Positions 1 to 9,432 of a stretch of 64,000 nucleotides of DNA are shown here, one piece after another. The stretch's first letter is position 1, and each line of letters starts with the position of its first letter. The notes beneath the pieces were generated by a model. That model saw only the letters and a program-made list of their open reading frames with translations. It had not been told where the DNA came from and did not search any database. A program made the position numbers and the translations under genes. This stretch comes from Candidatus Moraniibacteriota bacterium (GTDB lineage Bacteria > Patescibacteriota > Minisyncoccia > Moranbacterales > JAPLXC01), in the NCBI GenBank assembly GCA_026396275.1, contig JAPLXC010000002.1:74922-138921 (forward strand), in the 5' to 3' direction.

Positions 1-221
1 TCTACATCTTCGTAAATCTCTGATTGGGGATCTTTTAATCTCTGAAGCACCGGCCATTGCAATTGCTCCTCTATTTTTAGTATCTTGTCATAGGCCTTAT
101 TCCAGTCTTCCATGGTAGAAAGAGCTACAATCTGCCGGCTAGAAACAGAGAATCTCACGAGTGTCTTTCGCGGAAGATAAGTTTTTTTAAACATTTCAAG
201 GTGCTCTTCTTCGGAAATCAT
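1..221 (-). CDS. hypothetical protein (partial, runs off the window start). Translation begins MISEEEHLEMFKKTYLPRKTLVRF...
   Basis: Open frame on the minus strand. ATG at 219-221 is preceded by a strong RBS (GAGGAGGTGG, reverse complement of 223-232). This frame is not in the supplied ORF track because it runs off the edge. Confidence 0.35.
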   Translation of the reverse strand, partial: MISEEEHLEMFKKTYLPRKTLVRFSVSSRQIVALSTMEDWNKAYDKILKIEEQLQWPVLQRLKDPQSEIYEDV

Positions 222-349
222 ATTCCCACCTCCTCTGTGCGCAATAATAAGTCAAGTAAGAAAAAAAGCAAGAGTAATTCCTCTAGCTTTTTAAAAGAAG
301 TATGGCTGGCAGGGGGAATTAAATATTACACAATAATTTACATACTCTG

Positions 350-1855
350 TCAAAGCTTATACCTCCTTGCTCCCGCCAGTAACCCAGCTGCCAACCAGAA
401 CAAAATCTGCCCCGGCTGGATATCCCAGAGATAATGATCAAAAAGCATAATTACAATAAAAGCAAGAAACAAGACGCTGGCTGTCTGAGATAGTTCTCCG
501 CATAGCGTTCCACGTGGAACACTCTTGAGATGTCGCATTAATTTCCAAATAAACCATACGAATAAGCTCAGTCCGACTAATCCTAGCTCGTTTAATACTA
601 GCAGGAAAACATTATGCACCGGCTGAAATTGCCAAGTTTGGATGCCAGTGAATTCCGGGAAATTGAGAACGAATTGGCCCATTCCGACTCCCAAGAGAGG
701 ATGAGAAAGAAATGTTTCACGTGAAACATTGAGAAAGAACAATCTTTCCTCCCAGCTCTGGGTGAAGAAGGAGTTGATGTCCAGTTTTAAGATTAGAAAA
801 ACAAGGAAAACAATTGCTAGAAAAATAAACGCTCTTTCAAGCCACTTTCTTGGAATAAGATCGTCTTTTCCCTTATAAATAAGGTAAAAAAGAGCGATAA
901 ATAACCCAAGAATGGCTGACTTCGAGAAGGTTAGAATTAATGCCGCTATTTGGATAATAGTGGCTAAAAATAGTGTCATCCCGAGCTTGTCCGCCAAAGG
1001 CGGACGAGGCGAGAGATCTAACTTGATTTCACTCCGCTCAGAATGACAAATATCAATTTGTTCCACGCGGAACATTTTTCGGTACAAGAGTGTAAGAATT
1101 ATAGAAAAAATTAGGAATCCTCCCAAGATATTGGGATGTGGAAATAATCCATAAGCCCGAATGAATTTCTCCCCCCCCAGAATTATTTTGGCTACTCCTG
1201 GCAAGTACGGTGATATAATGCTTTCTTTAAGCCAAAATAATCCGACGGAGTGTTGAAGAACAAACTGCAAAATGGCCATGATTGACTGAAATAGAGCTAT
1301 AATTACTATTATCTTGAAAAAATTAAGGAGAGAGTTGGAGCTATTTTTGTTATTTATAATTGTTCCATGTGGAACAATTCTTAAGGCAATAAAAAAAAAG
1401 AGGAAATACATTTCTAGTAACTTAAAGGATCGAAATAAGGCAATGGTCTCATTTTGGGACCAAAAGATTGAGGTGAAAGACCAAATTACCAGTGCCAGAG
1501 GGATAAATAGCAATAATTGATTTAAAAATGTTCCACTTGCCCGAAATGTCCCGATATCCTTCGGGGCAGGCGGGCGTGGAACATTTATTTCAAAAGGCGA
1601 CGGGAGAGTGGAGTTTATTGACAATTTGCCATTTTTGTTGTATAATAGCAAAATTCCCCAACTTACCAAAGTAAAGAAAAGAAAAATATCGCTTAAATAA
1701 AGGTAAATTCCGGTATATTCGTTAAATTGGCCGTTAATCGGATAGAAAAGAATCACTTTCCTGACTGAAAGTGTAAGGGTAATTAAGAAACCATAAAAAA
1801 ACCAGATGTCTGGATTAGTCTTGAATTTAATCCAGATGAAGTTCAATAAATTCAT
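350..1855 (-). CDS. polytopic membrane protein, O-antigen ligase (Wzy_C)-like. It carries multiple in-frame palindromic insertions.
   Basis: 501 aa with roughly 10-12 hydrophobic segments in an O-antigen-ligase-like arrangement. Contains five GTTCCACGTGGAAC-type palindromes and one 75-bp TGTCATCC...GAATGACA element, all read through in frame. Confidence 0.45.
   Translation of the reverse strand: MNLLNFIWIKFKTNPDIWFFYGFLITLTLSVRKVILFYPINGQFNEYTGIYLYLSDIFLFFTLVSWGILLLYNKNGKLSINSTLPSPFEINVPRPPAPKDIGTFRASGTFLNQLLLFIPLALVIWSFTSIFWSQNETIALFRSFKLLEMYFLFFFIALRIVPHGTIINNKNSSNSLLNFFKIIVIIALFQSIMAILQFVLQHSVGLFWLKESIISPYLPGVAKIILGGEKFIRAYGLFPHPNILGGFLIFSIILTLLYRKMFRVEQIDICHSERSEIKLDLSPRPPLADKLGMTLFLATIIQIAALILTFSKSAILGLFIALFYLIYKGKDDLIPRKWLERAFIFLAIVFLVFLILKLDINSFFTQSWEERLFFLNVSRETFLSHPLLGVGMGQFVLNFPEFTGIQTWQFQPVHNVFLLVLNELGLVGLSLFVWFIWKLMRHLKSVPRGTLCGELSQTASVLFLAFIVIMLFDHYLWDIQPGQILFWLAAGLLAGARRYKL
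974..1048. mobile_element. MITE-like element (TGTCATYC...GRATGACA family), copy 1, inserted in-frame (75 bp = 25 codons) in the membrane protein gene
   Basis: Terminal inverted repeat tgtcatcc/gaatgaca. Internal hairpin ccgccaaaggcgg. Translated through as ...SERSEIKLDLSPRPPLADKLGMT.... Confidence 0.55.
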
Positions 1856-1979
1856 ATCACCGTTAATTATACTATATACTGGACGATATTGCCTAAAGGT
1901 GTATTATATTAATTAAAAGAAAAAATGTTTGCACGAATGTTTTTGACAGTTATTTAAAAAATAAAAAAGGAGGTGAAAA

Positions 1980-3083
1980 ATGTCATCTATTTTGGCACAA
2001 GCACAACCACTTAAAATTGGCGATATAATCGCCAATTTGCCAATAATCCAGGGTGGGATGGGTGTGGGAATTTCCTTGTCTGGTCTGGCATCGGCAGTTG
2101 CCAGTGAAGGAGGAATTGGCGTTATTGCTACCCCCGCGATCGGAATGAATGAACCTGATTTTTTCAAAAATTTCCTGGAAGCCAATGTCAGGGCGTTAAG
2201 AAAAGAGATTAGAAAAGCCAGAGAATTATCACAAGGAATCCTCGGTGTCAATATCATGGTGGCATTGACTAATTTCGCCGATCTGGTGAGAACCTCCATT
2301 GAGGAGGGTATAGATGTTATCTTTTCCGGAGCCGGGTTGCCGCTAAATCTGCCTGAATTTTTGCAGAACACTGCGAAAACAAAGCTGGTACCGATTGTTT
2401 CCTCTGGTAGGGCAATTGATATTATCATAAGAAGATGGTCAGAAAGATACAAATATCTTCCCGATGCTGTTGTTGTGGAGGGACCGCTGGCAGGAGGACA
2501 TCTCGGTTTCAAAGAACAGATGATTAGCAACTCTGAATATTCATTAGAAAAACTTGTCCCGGAAGTGATTCTGGCGATAAAGCCATATGAAAAAAAATAT
2601 GGCAGGCCTATTCCAGTAATCGCCGCCGGAGGAATCTACACAGGAGAAGATATTTATAGATTTTTCCAGTTGGGAGCTTCGGGTGTGCAGATGGCAACGC
2701 GATTTGTCACTACGCATGAATGTGATGCAAATATCAGGTTTAAAGAGGCGTATATAAATGCCAAGGAAAACGATATAACAATTATCAAAAGCCCCGTAGG
2801 GATGCCAGGAAGAGCAATTAGAAATAAATTTCTTGATGATGTCAGTGCGGGCAAAAAGAAACCTTTCAGATGCTTTTTCCACTGCCTGAAAACATGCGAA
2901 TTAGAAAAAAGTCCCTATTGCATTTCCTATGCTCTAATAAGTGCGAAAAAAGGAAACCTTAACCATGGTTTCGCCTTCTGCGGATCAAATGCATGGAAAG
3001 CGGAAAAAATTATCTCTGTTAAGGAAACATTTGAGACTCTCAAGGAAGAGTATCGAAATGCTTCCAGCGGAGAAGATTTGTAA
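1980..3083 (+). CDS. NAD(P)H-dependent flavin oxidoreductase, nitronate monooxygenase / FabK (enoyl-ACP reductase II) family
   Basis: N-terminal motif IIQGGMGVGIS and the overall TIM-barrel NMO-family pattern. Strong RBS AAGGAGGTG upstream. Confidence 0.65.
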   Translation: MSSILAQAQPLKIGDIIANLPIIQGGMGVGISLSGLASAVASEGGIGVIATPAIGMNEPDFFKNFLEANVRALRKEIRKARELSQGILGVNIMVALTNFADLVRTSIEEGIDVIFSGAGLPLNLPEFLQNTAKTKLVPIVSSGRAIDIIIRRWSERYKYLPDAVVVEGPLAGGHLGFKEQMISNSEYSLEKLVPEVILAIKPYEKKYGRPIPVIAAGGIYTGEDIYRFFQLGASGVQMATRFVTTHECDANIRFKEAYINAKENDITIIKSPVGMPGRAIRNKFLDDVSAGKKKPFRCFFHCLKTCELEKSPYCISYALISAKKGNLNHGFAFCGSNAWKAEKIISVKETFETLKEEYRNASSGEDL

Positions 3084-3092
3084 GTCGCTTGA

Positions 3093-3134
3093 CCGGGGTG
3101 CGCTGTGAGTTCAATAGTGCAACCCGGTTTTTTT
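3093..3134 (+). terminator. Rho-independent terminator after the NMO-family gene
   Basis: Hairpin ccggggtgcgc...gtgcaacccgg followed by TTTTTTT. Confidence 0.6.
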
Positions 3135-3190
3135 ATTGACTAACTTTTTTCGCTTGGTATGATATTATGAATTCAGAGAATAAGTTAAAG

Positions 3191-3263
3191 GGGCCGTTAG
3201 CTCAATTGGTAGAGCGCTTCCATGGCATGGAAGAGGCAACCGGTTCGAACCCGGTACGGTCCA
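3191..3263 (+). tRNA. tRNA-Ala(GGC)
   Basis: Cloverleaf folds by hand. Acceptor gggccgt/acggtcc has the G3:U70 Ala identity pair. Anticodon loop aTGGCat. T-loop ttcgaac. No encoded CCA. Confidence 0.8.
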
Positions 3264-3273
3264 CTCTTAAAAT

Positions 3274-3816
3274 ATGCTTAAAAAAATTTTATTACTTTCC
3301 GGCTGGATGACCGATTTAAAATTATACAGAAAATATGATGATCTTACTATCCAAGTAAGTAAATTAAGCAGCGAATCTGAAAAAATCGATTATATAATTG
3401 GTCTAAGTTTGGGTGCTCTGATAGCCTTGCGTGAATGGAATAAAAGTGGGAAGCTGATTTTGATTAATCCGCCTCTTCCAAAAAGAAATATTTTCGTATG
3501 GCTTGGTAAATGGATTAAATTTATTTTGTCAGAAGGTTTATTTTTAGAGCGCCAGAAGTTTACAAAAAATCCATTCAGGTTTATTACTGAAATTATAAAA
3601 TGTGTAAAACTGCTCTCTGTGGATTTTTCAAAGGTTTTAGATAATATACCAGAAGACAAGTTAGTTGTGATTAAAGGCAAAAATGATAATTATTTCTGTG
3701 ATCAGAAAGCCGTAGAATTTATGCGATCAAAAAATATTACGGTTATTGAAGTTGAAAACGCTGGACACAATTGGTGTGAAGAAATTGAAAAAACTGTAAA
3801 TAAATTAATAAATTAA
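3274..3816 (+). CDS. small alpha/beta-hydrolase-fold serine hydrolase (putative esterase)
   Basis: GxSxG nucleophile motif (GLSLG) and a C-terminal His (NAGHNW). About 180 aa. Confidence 0.45.
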   Translation: MLKKILLLSGWMTDLKLYRKYDDLTIQVSKLSSESEKIDYIIGLSLGALIALREWNKSGKLILINPPLPKRNIFVWLGKWIKFILSEGLFLERQKFTKNPFRFITEIIKCVKLLSVDFSKVLDNIPEDKLVVIKGKNDNYFCDQKAVEFMRSKNITVIEVENAGHNWCEEIEKTVNKLIN

Positions 3817-3823
3817 AACATTA

Positions 3824-3898
3824 GCCCCCATAGTTCAACGGATAGAACAGTCCCGTCCTAAGGGATAAATGCGTGTTCAATTCATGCTGGGGGCACCA
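3824..3898 (+). tRNA. tRNA-Arg(CCT), CCA encoded
   Basis: Acceptor gccccca/tgggggc. Anticodon loop gtCCTaa. T-arm gcgtg-ttcaatt-catgc. 3' end ACCA. Confidence 0.8.
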
Positions 3899-3907
3899 AA
3901 TAATTCT

Positions 3908-5464
3908 GTGATTAAAAAAATTCCAAAAGAAGTAATTGAAGTTTTGCGGAAACTTGAAGCCGCAGATTTTGAGGCCTATATCGTAGGCGGGTGCGTGCGG
4001 GATTTGATCGTGGAAAAGGAACCGAAAGATTGGGATGTAACGACTAATGCGAAACCAGAAGAAATTTTAAAATCATTTCCGGACAGTTTTTATGAAAATG
4101 AATTTGGAACAGTCGGCGTAAAAGTAAAGCCGTTTATTAAGAATGGAAACCCAGATCGCGATCATGATGTTATTGAAGTTACTACATACCGCATTGAATC
4201 AAAATATTCCGACAAGCGCCGGCCGGACAAAATCAGGTTTGCCAAGACGCTAAAGGAAGATTTGAGTCGAAGGGACTTTACGATTAACGCGATAGCGTTA
4301 AAAATAAAAAATCAAAATGCAAAAATCAAAAATACTGATTATGAAATTATCGATCCCTATGACGGGAAGAGTGATTTAAAAAATAGAACAATCCGCACGG
4401 TGGGCGATCCTAATGAGCGGTTTGACGAGGACGCGTTGCGGATGATGCGAGCAGTAAGGTTCCACGCGGAACTGGGCTATAAGATAGAAGAAAAAACCCT
4501 AAAAGCGATCAAGAAAAACGCCAAATATCTCAAACACATTACGCTGGAAAGAATTAAAGACGAACTGGCAAGAATTATTTTGTCTGATAGTCCTGCCCGC
4601 AATGCTGCGCCCGTCAGAAGCGTTGCATCTGCTACAGGCTGGCATAGCGTTGCAGGCGGGCCTGCTGAGGGAATTGACATGCTTCATCAAACAGGATTAT
4701 TAAATTATATTATTCCAGAACTTGAAAAAGGCGTGGGGATAAAACAAAATCGCCATCATATCTATACCATATATAAACACAGTATTTTATCCTTAAAACA
4801 TTGCCCTTCTGCCAAACTTGAAGTGCGATTGGCGGCGCTTCTTCACGATATTTCCAAGCCTCAAACCAAAAGAGGCGAAGGCGAATACGCAACTTTTTAT
4901 AACCATGATCATGTTGGAGCCAAAGTAGCCGAAAAAATTCTTACACGCCTGCGTTTTTCTAATGAAGTTATTCAAAAAGTAAAACTTCTCGTGGATAATC
5001 ACATGTTTTACTATAATCCCGATGAGGTCGGAGTAAGCTCTGTTAGAAAATTAATTCAAAAAGTTGGCTTGGAAAACATGAAAGATCTGATTGATCTTAG
5101 AATTTCCGACAGATTGGGCTCGGGCGTGCCGAAAGCCAAGCCGTATAAGCTTCGCCACTTGGAATATATGATTGAGAAAGTTTCTCAGGACGCCATTTCA
5201 GTGAAAATGTTGAAAATCAACGGCAATGATTTGATGAAAGAATTAAAACTAAAACCCGGACCGAAAATCGGAGCGATTCTTGACGTTTTGCTTTCTGAAG
5301 TGATTGAGGACGCTTCTAAAAATAATCGGGATTATTTGCTGTCCCGTGCCAAAGAGCTGGATAAAAAGGACTTGGAAAAGTTAAGAAACATGGCAAAGGT
5401 TAAGATCGAAGAGAAAAAAGAAGAGGAAGACAAGGAAATAAAAAATAAGTATTGGGTTAAATAG
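3908..5464 (+). CDS. cca: CCA-adding tRNA nucleotidyltransferase (poly(A) polymerase family) with HD domain
   Basis: Nucleotidyltransferase motif YIVGGCVRDLI; RAVRFHAELGY helix; HD motif LLHDISKP. The track ORF starts at 3869 inside tRNA-Arg, so the start is moved to an in-frame GTG at 3908; the start is uncertain. Contains a 69-bp GC-rich in-frame insert at 4593-4661. Confidence 0.8.
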   Translation: MIKKIPKEVIEVLRKLEAADFEAYIVGGCVRDLIVEKEPKDWDVTTNAKPEEILKSFPDSFYENEFGTVGVKVKPFIKNGNPDRDHDVIEVTTYRIESKYSDKRRPDKIRFAKTLKEDLSRRDFTINAIALKIKNQNAKIKNTDYEIIDPYDGKSDLKNRTIRTVGDPNERFDEDALRMMRAVRFHAELGYKIEEKTLKAIKKNAKYLKHITLERIKDELARIILSDSPARNAAPVRSVASATGWHSVAGGPAEGIDMLHQTGLLNYIIPELEKGVGIKQNRHHIYTIYKHSILSLKHCPSAKLEVRLAALLHDISKPQTKRGEGEYATFYNHDHVGAKVAEKILTRLRFSNEVIQKVKLLVDNHMFYYNPDEVGVSSVRKLIQKVGLENMKDLIDLRISDRLGSGVPKAKPYKLRHLEYMIEKVSQDAISVKMLKINGNDLMKELKLKPGPKIGAILDVLLSEVIEDASKNNRDYLLSRAKELDKKDLEKLRNMAKVKIEEKKEEEDKEIKNKYWVK

Positions 5465-5502
5465 TCGTGTAAATCGCAAAATTAAAACCTGTAAATAGTC
5501 GA

Positions 5503-5576
5503 CGGGGCATAGTATACCGGTAGTACGTACGATTCGGGTTCGTAAAGACTGGGTTCGATTCCCAGTGCCCCGACCA
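5503..5576 (+). tRNA. tRNA-Pro(CGG), CCA encoded
   Basis: Acceptor cggggca/tgccccg. Anticodon arm tacga-ttCGGgt-tcgta. T-arm ctggg-ttcgatt-cccag. ACCA at the end. Confidence 0.8.
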
Positions 5577-5625
5577 AATGCTTACAAAACAAATTATCCC
5601 TTTTACTATTTTAAAGTGAAAATTG

Positions 5626-5915
5626 AAATTAAAAATATTAGAGGCAATCCCGCGGATCTCTTGCGGCGGGCAGGATATATTTTTCAGAGCCGTAAAGAGG
5701 ATGAAATGGGCTTCGTCCGTCCATTGTCTTCTTCGGGCTACCCGAGGTTTCATATCTTCACCCGCGTTGTCGGAGGCAATCTGATAATCAATATTCACCT
5801 GGACCAGAAAAAAGAAACCTATGGAGAAGCAAAGCGCCATCACGGAGAATATGAGAGCGCGATTATTAAAGAGGAAGCAGAGCGAATTGCTTCGGTATTA
5901 AGACCGGTAGAATAA
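5626..5915 (+). CDS. hypothetical small protein
   Basis: The track ORF 5565..5915 overlaps tRNA-Pro, so the start was moved to an in-frame GTG at 5626. No family recognised. Confidence 0.3.
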
Positions 5916-5943
5916 AATTAGAATTTAGCGAGCTTTTAAATAA

Positions 5944-7662
5944 ATGATTAAGTTAATAAATTACATTGAGGGACTCTCTTTTTGGAAAGTAGCCGTTATT
6001 CTCGCTACTGTCGGTCTGATACTTTACATTAATACTTTCACCAACCAGCTTTTCTGGGATGATTATGACAGCATTGTCAACAATGCCTATGTCAAAAGCT
6101 GGAATTATCTTCCCAACTACTTTTCAGAAAATCTTACCGCCGGATCGGGAATCCGCGACAATTACTGGCGTCCGCTTCTCCTTTTTTCTTTTTCGCTGGA
6201 TTACAAAATAGGAAAACTTACTCCCCTTTTTTATCATCTTCAGAGTTTATTCTGGCACATTCTCTCCGCTGTTTTGGCGTATTGGCTGATTTTTAAATTG
6301 TTTAAAAACAAACTGGCTTCACTTATCGCCGCGCTGATTTTTTTAGCCCATCCTCTGCAGGCGGAGGCAGTTACTTATGTCGCCGGCCGGGCCGATCCGA
6401 TGCATGCGGCTCTGATGCTGGCGGCATTCTTGTTTTTTTACAAGTATGTTGCCGAAAAAGCAGCTTTCAAGTTTTATTTCTGGTCAATTGTCTTTTTCTC
6501 GGCTGCGCTCCTAACTAAAGAACGGGCAATAGTACTGCCGGCTCTTCTGGTTTTGTATTACGTCACTCTTTATCCTGAACCTCTTCTTCAAAATTGGAAG
6601 AAAAAAATTATCAACATTTTACCCTACACCGGAATTGCCGTCCTCTATCTTATTTTAAGAATGACAGTTTTGCACTTCGCGGATGTTTTTGATCTGGGAC
6701 AGCCCAACAATATCGGAGCGCAGAATTGGTACGAAAAATTTCTGGCTTACTGCCAGGGCATAGCAGTGTATGCCGGACTTCTCTTTTGGCCGGCTAAACT
6801 TTATATGGAAAAATCAATCAGTATTCCGCCATCTTTTTGGAACTCTTACGTGATATCCGGTTTAATTATTGTAATTAGCTCATTGGCGGGAATAGTTTAT
6901 TCTTTCAGAAGGAAAAAAATTTTTGCTTTTGGAATGCTTTGGTTTTGGGTCGCTCTTTCTCCCTCTTTTCACATTTATCCCATTCAGGGGCTTCTTTACG
7001 AACACTGGCTGTATTTTCCCATGATTGGATTACTGGCCGTATTCGTGTTGCCGCTGGCGACAATGATCCGGTATACTGAATTTAATTCCTTTCGGATATT
7101 TCTGGTGGCACTACTTACTGTCGGAATCCTGGCTTTAGGTATTCGAACAATTGTCCGCAACCGCGACTGGAACAATCCGATAAGGTTTTACGAAAAAAAT
7201 GTTTCGCTGGGCGGATTGTCTGCCCGGGTATACACTAACTTAGGCATGGCTTACGATGGCGCGGGAAGGCACGAAGAGGCAATCGGAACTTATCAAAAAG
7301 CCATTGCACTGGACAATCGGCTGTTTCAGCCCTGGTACGACACGGGCAACGCTTATTGGGATATGCAAAAATTGGATGAAGCGCTAGCGGCTTATCAAAA
7401 GTCCGTTGAACTCAATCCTTATTTTTTGCCGGCTTATTATAATTTGGCGGGAATTTATGCCGGCTGTAATGATTTCGACAATGCTGCTGGAGTTTTGCAG
7501 AAGGCACTAGCGGTTGATTCCAATAAATCAAGGACATATTATAATTTAGGAATTGTTTACTATCAAAAAGGAGATAAGACAGAGGCAAAAAAATATTTTA
7601 CTGAGGCCTTACGGCTGGAGCCGAGTAATGTTGATTTATTGAATCTGGTTAATGGCTTATAG
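5944..7662 (+). CDS. membrane glycosyltransferase family 39 (PMT/ArnT-like) N-terminal domain fused to C-terminal TPR repeats
   Basis: About 11 TM segments in the N-terminal 400 aa, then three or four TPR units (AYDGAGRHEEAIGTYQKAIALD...; AYQKSVELNP...; YYNLGIVYYQKGDKTEAKKYFTEALRLEP). Confidence 0.5.
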   Translation: MIKLINYIEGLSFWKVAVILATVGLILYINTFTNQLFWDDYDSIVNNAYVKSWNYLPNYFSENLTAGSGIRDNYWRPLLLFSFSLDYKIGKLTPLFYHLQSLFWHILSAVLAYWLIFKLFKNKLASLIAALIFLAHPLQAEAVTYVAGRADPMHAALMLAAFLFFYKYVAEKAAFKFYFWSIVFFSAALLTKERAIVLPALLVLYYVTLYPEPLLQNWKKKIINILPYTGIAVLYLILRMTVLHFADVFDLGQPNNIGAQNWYEKFLAYCQGIAVYAGLLFWPAKLYMEKSISIPPSFWNSYVISGLIIVISSLAGIVYSFRRKKIFAFGMLWFWVALSPSFHIYPIQGLLYEHWLYFPMIGLLAVFVLPLATMIRYTEFNSFRIFLVALLTVGILALGIRTIVRNRDWNNPIRFYEKNVSLGGLSARVYTNLGMAYDGAGRHEEAIGTYQKAIALDNRLFQPWYDTGNAYWDMQKLDEALAAYQKSVELNPYFLPAYYNLAGIYAGCNDFDNAAGVLQKALAVDSNKSRTYYNLGIVYYQKGDKTEAKKYFTEALRLEPSNVDLLNLVNGL

Positions 7663-7681
7663 GCCGATGTGGTGAAACCCG

Positions 7682-7713
7682 CGCACCAGTCCGCCAGCTG
7701 GCGGACTGGTGCG
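7682..7713 (+). terminator. perfect 14-bp-stem hairpin directly after the TPR gene (terminator-like, no T-run)
   Basis: cgcaccagtccgcc-agct-ggcggactggtgcg. Confidence 0.4.
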
Positions 7714-7748
7714 GAGCAAGTTGGCAGATTTAACCCATTATAGCTGGT

Positions 7749-7831
7749 GGGCGAGTGGTGGAATGGTATACACGTAAGGTTTAGGACCTTATGGGAGTAA
7801 TCCCTTGTGGGTTCAAATCCCACCTCGCCCA
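7749..7831 (+). tRNA. tRNA-Leu(TAG)
   Basis: Acceptor gggcgag/ctcgccc. Anticodon arm taagg-ttTAGga-cctta. Long variable arm tgggagtaatccctt. T-arm gtggg-ttcaaat-cccac. Confidence 0.8.
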
Positions 7832-7994
7832 CAAAATAAAAGACGCATCCCGCCTAGGCGGGACTCCCGCAAGAAATTGAGAGTTCGAATCCCTGCCCGT
7901 TGATTTTTAGCGGGGTCTCCCAAGGCACGAAATAAGCTGGACTAATGCAAAAATTAAGTTATAATAATGAAATCAATATTTAAAAGAAATAAAA

Positions 7995-8387
7995 ATGGCA
8001 AACGATCAGGAAATTTTGGAAAAATATGAAAAAGAAAATCCCTGGGGCATGCTTACCAGCATTGATCTTAAAGAATGCAATCCGGAGATTATTCGCAACG
8101 CCGAAAAAATTAAGGACTTTGTCGCCAAACTCTGTGATTTAATCGGTATGAAACGCTTCGGAGAAATACAAGTGGTTCATTTCGGTGAGAACCAGCGGGT
8201 GGCCGGATTTTCAATGACGCAGCTGATTGAGACATCACTTATTTCCGGTCATTTTGCCAACCAGTCCAACGCGGTGTATCTGGATATTTTCAGCTGCGGG
8301 AAATATCCGCCTTACAAATCAGCGGAGTTTTGCAAGGATTTTTTTCAAGCCAAAAGCGCCAAAGTGACTGTTATTTTTCGCCACTAA
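7995..8387 (+). CDS. speH: S-adenosylmethionine decarboxylase proenzyme, archaeal/Bacillus type
   Basis: Processing-site region FSMTQLIETSLISGHF and YLDIFSCG, which match the SpeH pyruvoyl-enzyme pattern. 130 aa. Confidence 0.7.
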   Translation: MANDQEILEKYEKENPWGMLTSIDLKECNPEIIRNAEKIKDFVAKLCDLIGMKRFGEIQVVHFGENQRVAGFSMTQLIETSLISGHFANQSNAVYLDIFSCGKYPPYKSAEFCKDFFQAKSAKVTVIFRH

Positions 8388-8395
8388 AAACAGCA

Positions 8396-9361
8396 ATGAC
8401 TGTAAAATATATTGCCGTCACAAAAGAAAACAGCGGAGAGCGCCTTGATAAATTCCTAAAGCGGGAATTTTTTTCGTATTCTCGGGGAGAAATTATCAGA
8501 AATATCAGAGCCGGAAATATTCTGGTGAACAGCAAAAAAGTAAAGTCCAGCTATGTTTTGAAAGAAGGAGACATTATTAAATCAAAAATTAAAAATCAAA
8601 AATCAAAATTAATTTCCAATTCAAATATAAAATTCAGCGTTATTTATAAGAATGAAGACATTATTATGATCAATAAGCCAGCAGGGTTGAGTGTCCACCC
8701 CGTAAAATCAAATGAAAATGATACTTTAGCAAACGGATTGCTGGCAAAATTTACAGAAATAAAAAATATCCATGATGACTCTAAAAATGCGCATCTGCGC
8801 CCCGGAATTATTCACCGGCTAGATAAAGACACTTCGGGCGTAATGGTTATTGCGAGAAATATGAAAGCGTATGAAGGGTTAAAGAAAATTTTTAAAGAGC
8901 GTAAAGTCGATAAGAAATATTTAGCAATCGTCCGCGGAATCTTAAAGGATAAAAAAGGAGTTATCAAAAAACCGATTGCTCGAGCAAAAACTTATAGAAA
9001 GCAGGTAATTGCCGGAAGGAAAACTAAAACGAAAATTCGCGAAGCTATAACTGAATACAAAGTACTAAAAGAGTTTGATAATTACTCTTTACTGGAAGTT
9101 ACTCCCAAAACCGGCCGGATGCACCAAATTCGGGTGCATTTGTTTTCCATCGGCCATCCGATTGTGGGAGATAAGTTATATAAATTAAAAAAAGCTAAGC
9201 TTTTCCCGGCAAAGCTTAGCTTTAAAATGACTAGGCAACTGCTTCACGCCCAGCAGCTCATCTTTGACTTGGGCGGAAAAAAATATAAATTCAGCGCCAG
9301 GCCACCGAAGGATTTTGCGGATTTTCTGGGTTTTCTTGACGAAGGGAAAATAAAAAGCTAG
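8396..9361 (+). CDS. rluD: RluA-family 23S rRNA pseudouridine synthase (RluD-like) with N-terminal S4 domain
   Basis: Catalytic motif HRLDKDTSGVMVIA. S4-like N-terminus. The track start at 8330 overlaps speH, so ATG 8396 is preferred. Contains an AT-repeat low-complexity insert (KIKNQKSKLISNSNIK). Confidence 0.75.
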   Translation: MTVKYIAVTKENSGERLDKFLKREFFSYSRGEIIRNIRAGNILVNSKKVKSSYVLKEGDIIKSKIKNQKSKLISNSNIKFSVIYKNEDIIMINKPAGLSVHPVKSNENDTLANGLLAKFTEIKNIHDDSKNAHLRPGIIHRLDKDTSGVMVIARNMKAYEGLKKIFKERKVDKKYLAIVRGILKDKKGVIKKPIARAKTYRKQVIAGRKTKTKIREAITEYKVLKEFDNYSLLEVTPKTGRMHQIRVHLFSIGHPIVGDKLYKLKKAKLFPAKLSFKMTRQLLHAQQLIFDLGGKKYKFSARPPKDFADFLGFLDEGKIKS

Positions 9362-9432
9362 TATGAAAAAACTGGACAAAAAGGCAAAAAACTTTGTTTT
9401 TAATTTAAGTAAAAATTAACTATAATTACCAT

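Noticed and set aside
201-434. Track ORF 201..434 (+), 77 aa, Lys/Ser-rich
   Set aside because: Low-complexity translation that overlaps the better-supported minus-strand partial ORF ending at 221 and the start region of the membrane protein gene. No RBS.
1913-2882. Minus-strand ORFs 1913..2530, 2544..2882 and 2654..2854 antisense to the NMO/FabK-family gene
   Set aside because: Entirely embedded antisense to a well-supported 367-aa gene that has a strong RBS. Typical shadow ORFs.
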